From positions 952,498-1,016,497 of the forward strand of contig OZ242200.1 in assembly GCA_965205995.1 (NCBI GenBank): 64,000 nt of DNA, written 5' to 3'. A program made the position numbers and the translations under genes. A model generated the notes under the pieces. It was not told where the DNA came from, did not search any database, and saw only the letters and a program-made list of their open reading frames with translations. Shown here piece by piece: positions 30,220 through 39,520 of this stretch; position 1 is the first letter of the stretch; each line of letters begins with the position of its first letter. Origin of the DNA: Alphaproteobacteria bacterium. GTDB taxonomy: Bacteria; Pseudomonadota; Alphaproteobacteria; MPNO01.

Positions 30220-31539
30220 TCACCTGAAAAAGAGATCCTGCAACAGGGTCGTGGTCTCGGGCACCAGCAGGACCACGGCAAGCGCGATCAGGTCGCACAC
30301 GAGGAACGGCAGCCCGGCCATGTAGATCGCCCTGATCTTGGTGCCGGGCGGCGCCACCCCCTTCATCACGAACAGCAGCATCCCGAAGGGCGGCGTGGTC
30401 AGCGCCATTTCCAGATTGATCAGCATGAGCACGCCGAACCAGATCGGGTCGTAGCCCAGCAGCTTCACGATCGGGATATAGAGCGGCAGCGTGATCAGCA
30501 TGATCGCCACCTGCTCCATGAAAGTGCCGAGGACCAGGACCACCAGCTGCATGCAGACGATCAGCAGCAGCGGATGGATGTCGAGATCTCCGACCGCGGT
30601 CAGCAGGCCGCGCGTGGCCCCCGAATACGCCATGATCTGGCTGAAACCGATGGCGCCGATCAGGATGGCGAACATCATCACCGAGATCTTCACGGTGCCG
30701 GTGACCGATTTCACGATCACCTCGCGGGTCAGCCCGCCATAGGCGAAGGCGACGATGAACGAGCCCATGCAGCCCATCGCCGCCGCTTCGGTCGGCGTGG
30801 CCATTCCGATCACGATCACCCCGGTGACCAGGAAGACGATGAAGCCGAGCGGCAGCAGGTATTTGACGATTCCGACGATGCGCTCGCGCCACGGCGTCCG
30901 CTCGACCTCATAGGCCGGGGTGAGCTCGGGCTGGAGCTTGCAGCGGATGACGATGTAGGCGATGTAGAGCGCCGCCATGATCAGCCCGGGGATCAGCGCG
31001 GCGATCAGCAGCCGGCCGATCGACAGCTTGCCGATCGCGGCCAGGATGACCGCGAGCGAGCTCGGCGGCACGATCATGGCCAGCCCGCCGCTGGCGATGA
31101 TCGGCCCGATCGACATCGGCTCCTTGTAGCCGCGGCGCTGCATGTCGGGCAGCAGCATGGTCCCGAGCAGCGCGGTGTTGGCCATGGTCGAGCCGCTCAG
31201 GCTGGAAAACATGGTGCCCGAGGCGACGGTCAGGATGCTGAGCCTTCCGGGCAATCGGCCCATCAGCTTGTCGAGCACGTCGACGGCGCGAAACGCGACG
31301 TTCGAGTGCCAGAGGATTTCTCCCATCAGGATGAACAGGGTGATCGGCAGCAGCGTGAAGCTGGTCACCGATGCGTACATGCTGGCGGTGAAGGTGTTGA
31401 ACGCCGCGCCGCCGCCCTGGAGGATGAGGACGCCGAGCATGTTCACGATCACGAAGGCGAAGGCGACCGGTATCCCCTTGAGCAGCAGGAACATCGCCCC
31501 GCCGAAGATGACCAGGAGCGGGATCCACCACTCAATCAT
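30220..31539 (-). CDS. dctM: TRAP transporter large permease
   Basis: LFILMGE, MIVPPS and TTPPFGM motifs. Confidence 0.93.
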   Translation of the reverse strand: MIEWWIPLLVIFGGAMFLLLKGIPVAFAFVIVNMLGVLILQGGGAAFNTFTASMYASVTSFTLLPITLFILMGEILWHSNVAFRAVDVLDKLMGRLPGRLSILTVASGTMFSSLSGSTMANTALLGTMLLPDMQRRGYKEPMSIGPIIASGGLAMIVPPSSLAVILAAIGKLSIGRLLIAALIPGLIMAALYIAYIVIRCKLQPELTPAYEVERTPWRERIVGIVKYLLPLGFIVFLVTGVIVIGMATPTEAAAMGCMGSFIVAFAYGGLTREVIVKSVTGTVKISVMMFAILIGAIGFSQIMAYSGATRGLLTAVGDLDIHPLLLIVCMQLVVLVLGTFMEQVAIMLITLPLYIPIVKLLGYDPIWFGVLMLINLEMALTTPPFGMLLFVMKGVAPPGTKIRAIYMAGLPFLVCDLIALAVVLLVPETTTLLQDLFFR

Positions 31540-31701
31540 CGGCCGCACCCGGGCGTTTCGCGGACCGCGATCCGTCGATCACTGAAAACGTGGCTTCCTC
31601 CCCAGGGACGAGCGCGGCGCCTTCGGGCGCGTTTGTGCTTCTACGGCAAGGATATTAGCAGCCCGGCGTTGTTTGCAAACGAGGGCCGGCAACCGCCGCG
31701 G

Positions 31702-32880
31702 CTAGATCGGGCTCCCGTCGCCATGGACGCGATCGAGGACGTCGTTGATGACGTGGTAGATGCCGAGCTCCAGCTTGGACAGCGGGCCCGGCCGCAATCG
31801 CCGCGACTTCATGTTCTGCTGCAGCGAGGCCACCATCGCCCGGTCCTCCTCGACGACCTCGATCAGGTAGTCCCGGTAGATCTCGGCCTTTTCCGCGAAA
31901 TCGGGCCGGGCGAAGTGCCGCTCGGGAAACAGCGTGTAGTTGACGACGCGGCAGCGGTCGGGCCCGAGCGGCCAGATCACGAAGGGATGCACGTTGTCCG
32001 AACGGGCGATCAACTGCATGTTGGGCGACAGGTGGCCCGAGCAGGCGAAGTTGTCGGGCCTGTCCCCGAGCCACGGCATCTTGCCGAACAGGCTTTTGCC
32101 GCCCGGCACCATCGGGGACGAGTGGTAGAACATGCTGGTGCCGCCGCGCTCGAACAGCTTGAACGGGTATTTGTCGGCCCGGCCGCGCTTGGCGCCGATC
32201 GTCTTCGCGTGCAGCGTGGCCGCGTGGTAGACGTCCAGCAGGTTCTCGACGAGCAGCTTCCAGTTGCAGTCGAACTCGACTTCGACCTTGACCGCGAGGC
32301 GGCAATCCTGCTGCCGGAGGAAGCCGAACTCCTGCTCGAAATGCGCGACGAAATCGGCAAGCGGTGGCGCGTCGTCGTCGAAGGAGATGAAGATCCAGCC
32401 CGCCCAGATAGCGAGCCGCAGCGGCGGCAGGCCGCATCGTCCGGGATCGAACGCCTCGGACTCCTCCATGAACGCAGCGCCGGTCAGCGCGCCTTTGAGA
32501 TCGTAGCTCCAGCCGTGATAGGGGCAGCTGAAATGGCCGGTATTGCCCTCGCCCCGGATCACCTCGACCCCGCGATGGGCGCAGGTATTGGAGAACGCCC
32601 GGAGCACGCCGTCGTCGTCGCGGACGACGATGGCCGGTTCTCCCATGACGCGGAACGCCATGTAGTCGCCCGGGTTCGCCAGCTCCTCGACACGGGCGAC
32701 GCAGAGCCAGTCCTTCATGAAGATGTTCTGCTTCTCCAGCGCCTCGATTTCGGGCGAGAAGTAGAACGCGCCAGGCACATGGCGGGCGCTGCCGATCGGC
32801 CGGCGGATCCGGTCGAGCCCTTTGGCGCTCAACCCGGGGATCGCCGGGCGGGGTAACGAAGCGTCTTCGCCTTGGGCCAT
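31702..32880 (-). CDS. Rieske oxygenase alpha subunit (choline monooxygenase/CntA-like group)
   Basis: CAHRG...CPYHGW Rieske motif; NWKLLVENLLDVYH..TLH; EED. Confidence 0.9.
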   Translation of the reverse strand: MAQGEDASLPRPAIPGLSAKGLDRIRRPIGSARHVPGAFYFSPEIEALEKQNIFMKDWLCVARVEELANPGDYMAFRVMGEPAIVVRDDDGVLRAFSNTCAHRGVEVIRGEGNTGHFSCPYHGWSYDLKGALTGAAFMEESEAFDPGRCGLPPLRLAIWAGWIFISFDDDAPPLADFVAHFEQEFGFLRQQDCRLAVKVEVEFDCNWKLLVENLLDVYHAATLHAKTIGAKRGRADKYPFKLFERGGTSMFYHSSPMVPGGKSLFGKMPWLGDRPDNFACSGHLSPNMQLIARSDNVHPFVIWPLGPDRCRVVNYTLFPERHFARPDFAEKAEIYRDYLIEVVEEDRAMVASLQQNMKSRRLRPGPLSKLELGIYHVINDVLDRVHGDGSPI

Positions 32881-32976
32881 CTTTGGGTCCCCCCACTCAT
32901 CGAAGCTGCCCGGAACTCTAGCGAACCCGTTACCGCGTGAGCAATGTCGCCGATCTTCGCCCGGCCCGCCGCCCGG

Positions 32977-33393
32977 TCAGGTGAAATCCTCCTGGATCTG
33001 CTTCCAGTAGGTGTCCTTCCTGGTCACCTTGCCGTCCCGGAACTTCCACAAATCGCAGCCTTGCAGTTCGAGCTTTTCGCCCGTCGCGGTGGTCCCGGTC
33101 AGCGTCCATTCCGAGACGCCGATTTCTCCCAGCACCCAGTTGCCGCCATCTTCCCAATGCGCATCGGGGATGGATGCGAAGCGCTCCGCCAGGGCTTCGC
33201 GGACCGCCTGGGCGCCCACGAATTCGCGGCCCCAGGGGTGAGGCCCCCGCGCCATTACCCAGACGGCGTCGTCGGCGAAATAGCTCATGATCGCGTCGAC
33301 GTCGTGGCGGTTGAAGGCCTCGACGATCGCGGCGACGGTCTCGGCCGACATGCCCGCGGCGGCGGCTTCGGCTGAAGATCCGGAGACCGACAT
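32977..33393 (-). CDS. NTF2/SnoaL-like protein
   Basis: AFNRHDVDAIM and GCDLWKFRDGKVTRKDTYWK; RBS GGGGAG. Confidence 0.85.
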   Translation of the reverse strand: MSVSGSSAEAAAAGMSAETVAAIVEAFNRHDVDAIMSYFADDAVWVMARGPHPWGREFVGAQAVREALAERFASIPDAHWEDGGNWVLGEIGVSEWTLTGTTATGEKLELQGCDLWKFRDGKVTRKDTYWKQIQEDFT

Positions 33394-33427
33394 CTCCCCC
33401 TCCCCTGCTGCCTCTCGATCCCGCTTA

Positions 33428-33702
33428 TAGAGCGTATCCGACTTGGGTGGAACCGCGGCGGCGTGGCGTCCCTCGATACGGCGCGCAGCCTGTCCCGAGC
33501 GAAGCCGAGGGGGGCCTGTTCGGGATGAGGCCTCGATACGGCGCGCAGCCTGTCCCGAGCGAAGCCGAGGGGGGCCTGTTCGGGATGAGGGGGATTTTTG
33601 GCCGCCCAAAACCCATCCCTCACCCTGAGTAGCGGCGAAGCCGCGTATCGAAGGGCGCGCATCGGCATCGTTGGCGGTTCCAAGAAAAACGGACGCGCTC
33701 TA
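33428..33702. mobile_element. TA-ended MITE with nested REP-like units
   Basis: Left end tagagcgtatccgacttgggtggaaccgc; reverse complement of the right end tagagcgcgtccgtttttcttggaaccgc. Confidence 0.72.
33471..33590. repeat. exact 60-bp tandem repeat x2 (REP-like unit)
   Basis: 33471-33530 is identical to 33531-33590. Confidence 0.95.
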
Positions 33703-33869
33703 GCGCGCGCGCCGCCGCGCTGTCGATTTGCCGGCGGGGATCCGTTCTCCCTGTCGTTGACAGCCGATGCGGAAGACAGCTTTCTCGGACCGTTCGGTGC
33801 CTGCGGTCGGCCTCGCCCGGCCTCGTGGTTCGGCCCGTCGCGCACCGCAGGCCCGCAAGGTATCGGATC

Positions 33870-35334
33870 ATGACGGTAATCGTGGAAACCCGCGCCGATC
33901 TCACGCTTGAGGCCGCCCGGCGGGTGGGAAGGCGAAGGCGCCTGGGAAGGCGAAGGCGTCGAATTCGGCGCCACGGCGCTCGCGGCCATGGCGCAAGGCC
34001 GGGACCGGCTGGAACGCATTCTCGAACATGACCCGGACGTCACGATCTATGGCGTGACTTCGGGTACGGGCCAGCTCGCCCGGACGAAACTCACGCCCGA
34101 GCAACGCGAGCACTGGGCGGGCATGGCGCCTGCGGGAGCCGCGGCAGGCTGGGGCGACCCGCTGCCCGAACGCGCGGTGCGTGCGATCGTGCTCGCGCGG
34201 CTCGCCAACTTCGTGGAGGGCCACGCCGCGGTATCGCCGGAGATTGCCCGGGGCGTTGCCGCGATGCTGGACGAGGACAGCATGCCCACGGTCCCGACAA
34301 AGGGCCAGGGCGGCGCGGGCGAGATCCTTTCGCTCAGCCACCTGTTCACCGGCCTGGTGGAGAAAGCGAAGCCCGCGGTCAAGGACGTGCTGTGCCTGAT
34401 CAACGGGTCGCCGTCGGCCACCGGCCTGGTCACCGATGCCGCGCTGGTCGCCGACAACCGCTTCGATCTGGCGGCGCGCATCTTCGCGCTCTCCTTCGAG
34501 GCCTTCAACGCCCCGCTCGGCCATCTCGACCCCGCGCTCGACGAGTACTGGAACAACCCCCACGACTCCTGGGCGCTCGGACGGCTTCGCGAACTGGTGG
34601 GCGGCGGCCATGGCGGGAAACGGCGCCCCTTTCAGGCGCCGGTCAGCTACCGCATCGTGCCGCGGATGCTGGGCCAGGCGCGGCGCGCCGCGACCATGGC
34701 CGCCGAGATCGCGGCTGAGTCGCTTCAGGCGGTGACCGACAACCCGGTATGGATCGACGATTTCGACGAGGACCACCCCTTCGGTCGTTTCGTGTCGACC
34801 GGCGGCTATCACAACCCGCACGCGGTGCTCGCCATGGACGCCCTGACCGCCGCCTGCGCCAATCTCTGCGTTCTTGCCGGACGCCAGGGTGCGAAGCTCC
34901 TGGACGGCGCGGTCTCGCTGCTGCCCGATCAGCTGGTCGCTGCCGAAGCCGGCGGCGATGTCCGTCGCGCCTATATGGGAGGTCTGCCGATGGCCCAGAC
35001 CGGCTACGAAGAAGAAGCCCGCCTCTACGCCCAGGCCACATTGCTCCCCGGCAGCGAATCGGGAGGTTTCGGCCAGAACGACGTGGCGAGCCCGGTGTTC
35101 CTGGCATGGACCAAGCAGGATCGCGCCGGCCAGTGTCTCGACATGGCGCTTGCCAGTCTCGTGCCGATCGCGCTGCGCGCCCTCGACGTCACCGGCCGGC
35201 CCGTCCCGCCGCTTCTGGCGGGTATCGAGGCCGTGGTCCGGGAGGTCCTGCCGGACCTGACGCAGCGCCGGGCGTTCGGCCCCGCGGTGGCCTCGATCGC
35301 CGATGCCCTGCGCCGCGAGATCTATCCGTCGTGA
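33870..35334 (+). pseudogene. HAL/PAL-family lyase lacking the ASG motif; 5' frameshift from a 13-bp duplication
   Basis: IYGVTSGTG, RLANF, LING, QAPVSYR, TDNP and QNDVAS motifs. MTVIVETRADLTLEAARRV from ATG 33870 is out of frame with the body. Confidence 0.75.
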
Positions 35335-35382
35335 CGCGAACCGGGTGGCGGAGGCCACCCGCTGACCGAAGCCGTGGCGCTC

Positions 35383-35889
35383 CTAGCGGCGTTCCACCCC
35401 TTGCGCGCTGCGCACCACCCACGGTGTCTCGAACCAGTGTTCCTGCAGATTGTCGCCGGCGCCGATTCTGTCGACGACGGCGAATTGGCCGGTTCGTCCG
35501 AGCGGGGTCAGCACCCCGTGCCAGACGCCGCGGCGGTAATTCACGCCCTGGCCCGGCGCGGTCAGGAATGCTTCGGGCCGGGTGGGGGCGCCGTCGGCAT
35601 CCTCCGCCACGATCGCCAGGAACGGATCGCCCGAGAGCGGCAGGAAAGCCTGGCTGCCGAGCGGGTGGCGCTCCATCATCCGCAGCGTCAAGGGCAGGTC
35701 GCAGGGCTCGCCGACGAGAACGCTGATCCCGGCCCGCCCGCCGCCGAAATCGAGCTCGGCCCGGTCGTGGTGGCGCATGCATTTGCCCCGGTTGACGACC
35801 AAATCCGGAGTGCCCCTCGCCTCGATCACATCGCCATAGGAAGCGAAGTCTTCCGCCGCGAGCGGCCGGATGAAGATGTCCCGCGTCAC
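35383..35889 (-). CDS. allA: ureidoglycolate lyase
   Basis: MERHPLGSQAF, GVNYRRGVWH and FAVVDR motifs; GTG overlaps the upstream stop. Confidence 0.92.
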   Translation of the reverse strand: MTRDIFIRPLAAEDFASYGDVIEARGTPDLVVNRGKCMRHHDRAELDFGGGRAGISVLVGEPCDLPLTLRMMERHPLGSQAFLPLSGDPFLAIVAEDADGAPTRPEAFLTAPGQGVNYRRGVWHGVLTPLGRTGQFAVVDRIGAGDNLQEHWFETPWVVRSAQGVERR

Positions 35890-36905
35890 CGGCCCGCTCC
35901 GAACGGCGTCAGTCGCGGGTGCCGGTTCACGTCCTTGTAGAGCAGATACCGGAACCGGCCCGGGCCGCCGGCATAGCAGGCCTGCGGACAGAACGCGCGC
36001 AGCCACATGAAGTCGCCGGCCTCCACCTCCACCCAGTCGCGGTTCAGCTTGTAGACCGCCTTGCCCTCCAACACATACAACCCGTGCTCCATCACATGGG
36101 TCTCTTCGAACGGTATCGTCGCGCCCGGCGCGAAGGTGACGATGCTGACATGCATGTCGTGGCGCAGATCCCCCGGATCGACGAAGACGGTCGTGGCCCA
36201 ACGGTCTTGTGTGTCGGGCATCGAGGTGGGCTCGATCTCTTGTTCATTGGCAAAGACCGGGTCCGGCGCGACGATCCCGTCCATCGGCTCGTAGCGCTTG
36301 CGGATCCAGTGGAACCGCGCGGGTCGGACGCCGGCGTTCTCGACCGTCCATGGCGCCTTGGGCGGCAGATAGGCAAATCCGCCAGGGTCCAGGCGATGTA
36401 TCTCCCGGTCGAGCGCGACGGTCAGCGCGCCGTGGGTGACGAAGATCGCGCCCTCGGCCTCGCGATCCGGCTCGGGCCGGTCGCTGCCGCCGCCCGGGGC
36501 GACTTCCATGACCAGCTGCGCGAACGTCTCGGCGAAACCCGACAGCGGGCGGGCGACGATCCAGCTCCGCGTCTCCCGCCAGCCGGGCAGCCGGCTCGCG
36601 ACGATGTCCCTGAAGACGCCGCGCGGGATAACCGCATAGGCTTCGGTAAAGACCGCGCGGCCGGTCATAAGCGCCGACTGGGCCGGCATGCCGCCATGGG
36701 GGGCGAAGTAGGCACCAGGCGCCTCGATCGGTTGCCGGGCCAGATCCGCGCACGGACCGCCTTGCTCCTGCCGCCAGCGGGCATAGCTCTGTTCCGAGAT
36801 GCCGAGGCCACGGCAGGCATCGCCGGTCGTTCGGCCTTCCGAGATCAGAACCTCCGCTTCCCGCAAGACGTCGATGATCCGATCGGCGGATCGTTCGTGG
36901 CTCAT
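35886..36905 (-). CDS. allE: (S)-ureidoglycine aminohydrolase with an N-terminal IS3-OrfA-derived HTH
   Basis: GRAVFTEAYAVIP, ETHVMEHG, RAFCPQAC and YLLYKDVNRH motifs; the first ~50 aa are transposase-like. Confidence 0.88.
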   Translation of the reverse strand: MSHERSADRIIDVLREAEVLISEGRTTGDACRGLGISEQSYARWRQEQGGPCADLARQPIEAPGAYFAPHGGMPAQSALMTGRAVFTEAYAVIPRGVFRDIVASRLPGWRETRSWIVARPLSGFAETFAQLVMEVAPGGGSDRPEPDREAEGAIFVTHGALTVALDREIHRLDPGGFAYLPPKAPWTVENAGVRPARFHWIRKRYEPMDGIVAPDPVFANEQEIEPTSMPDTQDRWATTVFVDPGDLRHDMHVSIVTFAPGATIPFEETHVMEHGLYVLEGKAVYKLNRDWVEVEAGDFMWLRAFCPQACYAGGPGRFRYLLYKDVNRHPRLTPFGAGR

Positions 36906-36980
36906 CCTGCACTCCTCTCGAAGCCTCAAAACGCGCAAACCCTCTCAGCAGATCTGGCGCAGTTTCGCGGGGATGCGCCG
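36756..36980 (-). mobile_element. IS3-family (IS407-like) left-end remnant
   Basis: IIDVLREAEVLISEGRTTGDACRGLGISEQSYARWRQEQGG; upstream ccccgcgaaactgcgccag resembles an IRL; RBS GAGGAG. Confidence 0.75.
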
Positions 36981-37352
36981 GCGTGCCCATGCGGCACGAC
37001 GACGCGCTCGCGGGGACATACCGCGACGAAGCGGGGAGGTGCCGGACGCGTGTTGGCGAAACCCTCGCCCATCCCCGGCGATGGACAGACCGAGACGCTC
37101 TTCGAACATGGCGGCGCTCCCGTTGTTCAGGCCGGCCGGCCGCATGCTGTACAAGCTTGCATATGGGATTCGCGGAACGGCTCTTCCAGTGTCTTGCGTG
37201 CGCGCGAGACCGATTGCGCGTGGATCCGGGGTGGGCCCCGTGAGCCGGACGGTTTCGGGCGGCGGCGGGAAACGTCCGGCATCGTTGCTTGACCCCGGGT
37301 CGGCTCTCCCCGAGGATCGGCTTTCGAACGTGGGCCTTCGGGAGCGGCGGCC

Positions 37353-37547
37353 ATGACCGGCAGTCCCGGGGAAAGTTATGAAGACCGGCTCGGCGATGGG
37401 CTGGAGATCGCGCTCGCCGACGGCGCCGAGAGTCTGGCCGCCCTCTCCGAGAGGCTGAACGCGATCGGCGTCACCGGCCCGCGCGGCGAGCGCTGGGACG
37501 AGGCCGCGCTCGCCCAGGAGCTGGCCCGCCTCGCAGCGGCGACCTGA
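37353..37547 (+). CDS. small recombinase-like HTH protein of the type that accompanies Rieske oxygenases
   Basis: YEDRLGDGLE...LNAIGVTGPRGERWDEAALAQELARL. Confidence 0.72.
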   Translation: MTGSPGESYEDRLGDGLEIALADGAESLAALSERLNAIGVTGPRGERWDEAALAQELARLAAAT

Positions 37548-37572
37548 CGGCCGGGAAGCCGGAGGAGACGCC

Positions 37573-38607
37573 TTGCGCGCGACGCATCCGATGAACGACG
37601 AAGACGCCGTCCAGGAGCGGCTGGCGACCGGCCTTCTGAACCTTTGGTACCTGGTCTCCGATGCCCGCGAAATCGGCTTCGAGCCGGTCGGGCTCAGACG
37701 GCTCGGCCAAGACCTCGTCGTCTGGCGCGACAGCGGGGGCAAGGTGAGAGCGGTCGCCGACCGCTGTCCGCATCGCGGCGCGCGCCTGTCCAGGGGACGC
37801 GTCCAGGACGGCGACATCGCCTGCGCCTATCACGGGTTGAGGCTCGACGGACACGGCGTGATCACCGCCATCCCACCGACGCCGGACTGCCCCTTTGTCG
37901 GGCAGAAGGCGGTGCGGAGCTACCCCTGCCGCGAGTTCAATGGCGCCGTCTGGATCTATTTCGGCGACGCGGCGCATCGAGACCCGCCGGAGATGATTCT
38001 GCCGGAAGAGTTCGCCTCCGACGAATGGTCGTCTTTCCTCTTCTCCCAGATGTGGCACTGCCCCTACCGCGCGGTGCTCGACAACCGGCTCGACCCGATG
38101 CACGGCTCCTACCTCCACGCCGGGAGCTACACCCTCGCTTACGGCAACAAGCAGGACCGGTTGAAGATCGAGCCGACGGCCACGGGCTTCGTTGTCCGCC
38201 GCGAAAACCAGATCGGCGTCAATATCGACCGTACCGAGCTGTTCCACCATCCGGACAACAACATCTGGATACAGACCGAGATTCCCTACCCGGCCTCGGG
38301 CGGTGGCGGGTTCTTCAGGATCGGCGGGTTCGTCACGCCGATCGGCCGTGAATCATGCCTCTTCTGGGTGTTCCGCTCGCAACGCTCCTCGGGCTGGCGC
38401 CGCGATTTGTGGCGTTTCCTCTATCGCAATCGGCTGGAAGGCCGTCATCTCGACGTGCTCGACCAGGATCGCGAGATGCTGGAATCGATGCACGCCGATG
38501 GGCCCGACGACGAGTGGCTGCTGCAGACCGATGTCGGGCTGACGCGCATGCGCCGCCTCCTTCGACAGGTCGCCGAGGGCCAGGTCGCCGCAACGGCCGT
38601 GGCCTGA
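37573..38607 (+). CDS. Rieske oxygenase alpha subunit (VanA/PobA-type; possibly PicB1-like)
   Basis: CPHRG, CAYHG, DNRLDPMHGSYLH and QDREMLE motifs. Confidence 0.9.
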   Translation: MRATHPMNDEDAVQERLATGLLNLWYLVSDAREIGFEPVGLRRLGQDLVVWRDSGGKVRAVADRCPHRGARLSRGRVQDGDIACAYHGLRLDGHGVITAIPPTPDCPFVGQKAVRSYPCREFNGAVWIYFGDAAHRDPPEMILPEEFASDEWSSFLFSQMWHCPYRAVLDNRLDPMHGSYLHAGSYTLAYGNKQDRLKIEPTATGFVVRRENQIGVNIDRTELFHHPDNNIWIQTEIPYPASGGGGFFRIGGFVTPIGRESCLFWVFRSQRSSGWRRDLWRFLYRNRLEGRHLDVLDQDREMLESMHADGPDDEWLLQTDVGLTRMRRLLRQVAEGQVAATAVA

Positions 38608-38614
38608 GACGACG

Positions 38615-39493
38615 ATGAATATCGCCTTCATCGGGCTTGGCCGCATGGGCGCGCCGATGGCTCTCAACCTGCTCGCCGCGGGTCACGCGCTCGATGTCCA
38701 CGACATCGACCCCGGCGCGGCGGAGCGTGCGATCGAGGCCGGGGCGCGCTGGGCGGCGAGCCCGGCGGAGGCAACGCAGCGCTCCGAAATCGTGGTCTCG
38801 AGCGTTCCGGGCCCGAGCGAGGTGGACGCGGTGATGACCGGCGCCGACGGGGTGCTCTCGGCAGCCCGGGCGGGCCTCATGGTGATCGAAACCTCGACCA
38901 TCGGCCCCGAGCAGAGCCGCGCCCTCGCCCGCCGCTTCGCCGAGCGCGGCGCCAGCTATATCGACGCGCCGGTCAACCGGATCGCGGCCGATGCCGCGGC
39001 ACGGGGCGAAATGACGATCATGGTGGGCGGCGATTCCGAAACCTTCGCCCGGGCGCTTCCGATCCTCCGATCCCTCGGCGACCGGATCCACCATGTCGGC
39101 CCGACCGGGGCCGGGAATGCGGTCAAACTCCTCAACCAGATGATCTACCTTTCATACGCATCGGTGTTCTGCGAGGGGCTGGCGCTCGGCGAACGGCTGG
39201 GTATCCCGCTCGAGACGCTGCTCGCGATCTTCGAGACCTCGGCCGCCGGGCACCCGATGATCGGGGACAAGCACGCCCGAATCGCTGCCGGCGACGAGAC
39301 GCCCGGCTTCGCGGTCGACCGCGTGCTCAAGGACCTCCGCCTGGCCGACGCGCTGCGCGCCGAGACAGGGTTTGCGGCGCCGGGTTTCGCGGCCGCGCTG
39401 GGCGCCTACCGCCGCGCCGCCGCGGAAGGCCATGGCGGCGCCGACCTGACCGTGCTCCGCCGGTTGTTCGCCGCCCCGCCGGCCGAAGCCTGA
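38615..39493 (+). CDS. beta-hydroxyacid (3-hydroxyisobutyrate-type) dehydrogenase
   Basis: FIGLGRMG, DAPV and GNAVKLLNQ motifs. Confidence 0.9.
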   Translation: MNIAFIGLGRMGAPMALNLLAAGHALDVHDIDPGAAERAIEAGARWAASPAEATQRSEIVVSSVPGPSEVDAVMTGADGVLSAARAGLMVIETSTIGPEQSRALARRFAERGASYIDAPVNRIAADAAARGEMTIMVGGDSETFARALPILRSLGDRIHHVGPTGAGNAVKLLNQMIYLSYASVFCEGLALGERLGIPLETLLAIFETSAAGHPMIGDKHARIAAGDETPGFAVDRVLKDLRLADALRAETGFAAPGFAAALGAYRRAAAEGHGGADLTVLRRLFAAPPAEA

Positions 39494-39520
39494 ACACGCC
39501 GCCATCCGGGCAAACGAGCC

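Noticed and set aside
33471-33590. CRISPR array
   Set aside because: Two identical adjacent 60-mers with no spacers and no cas genes.
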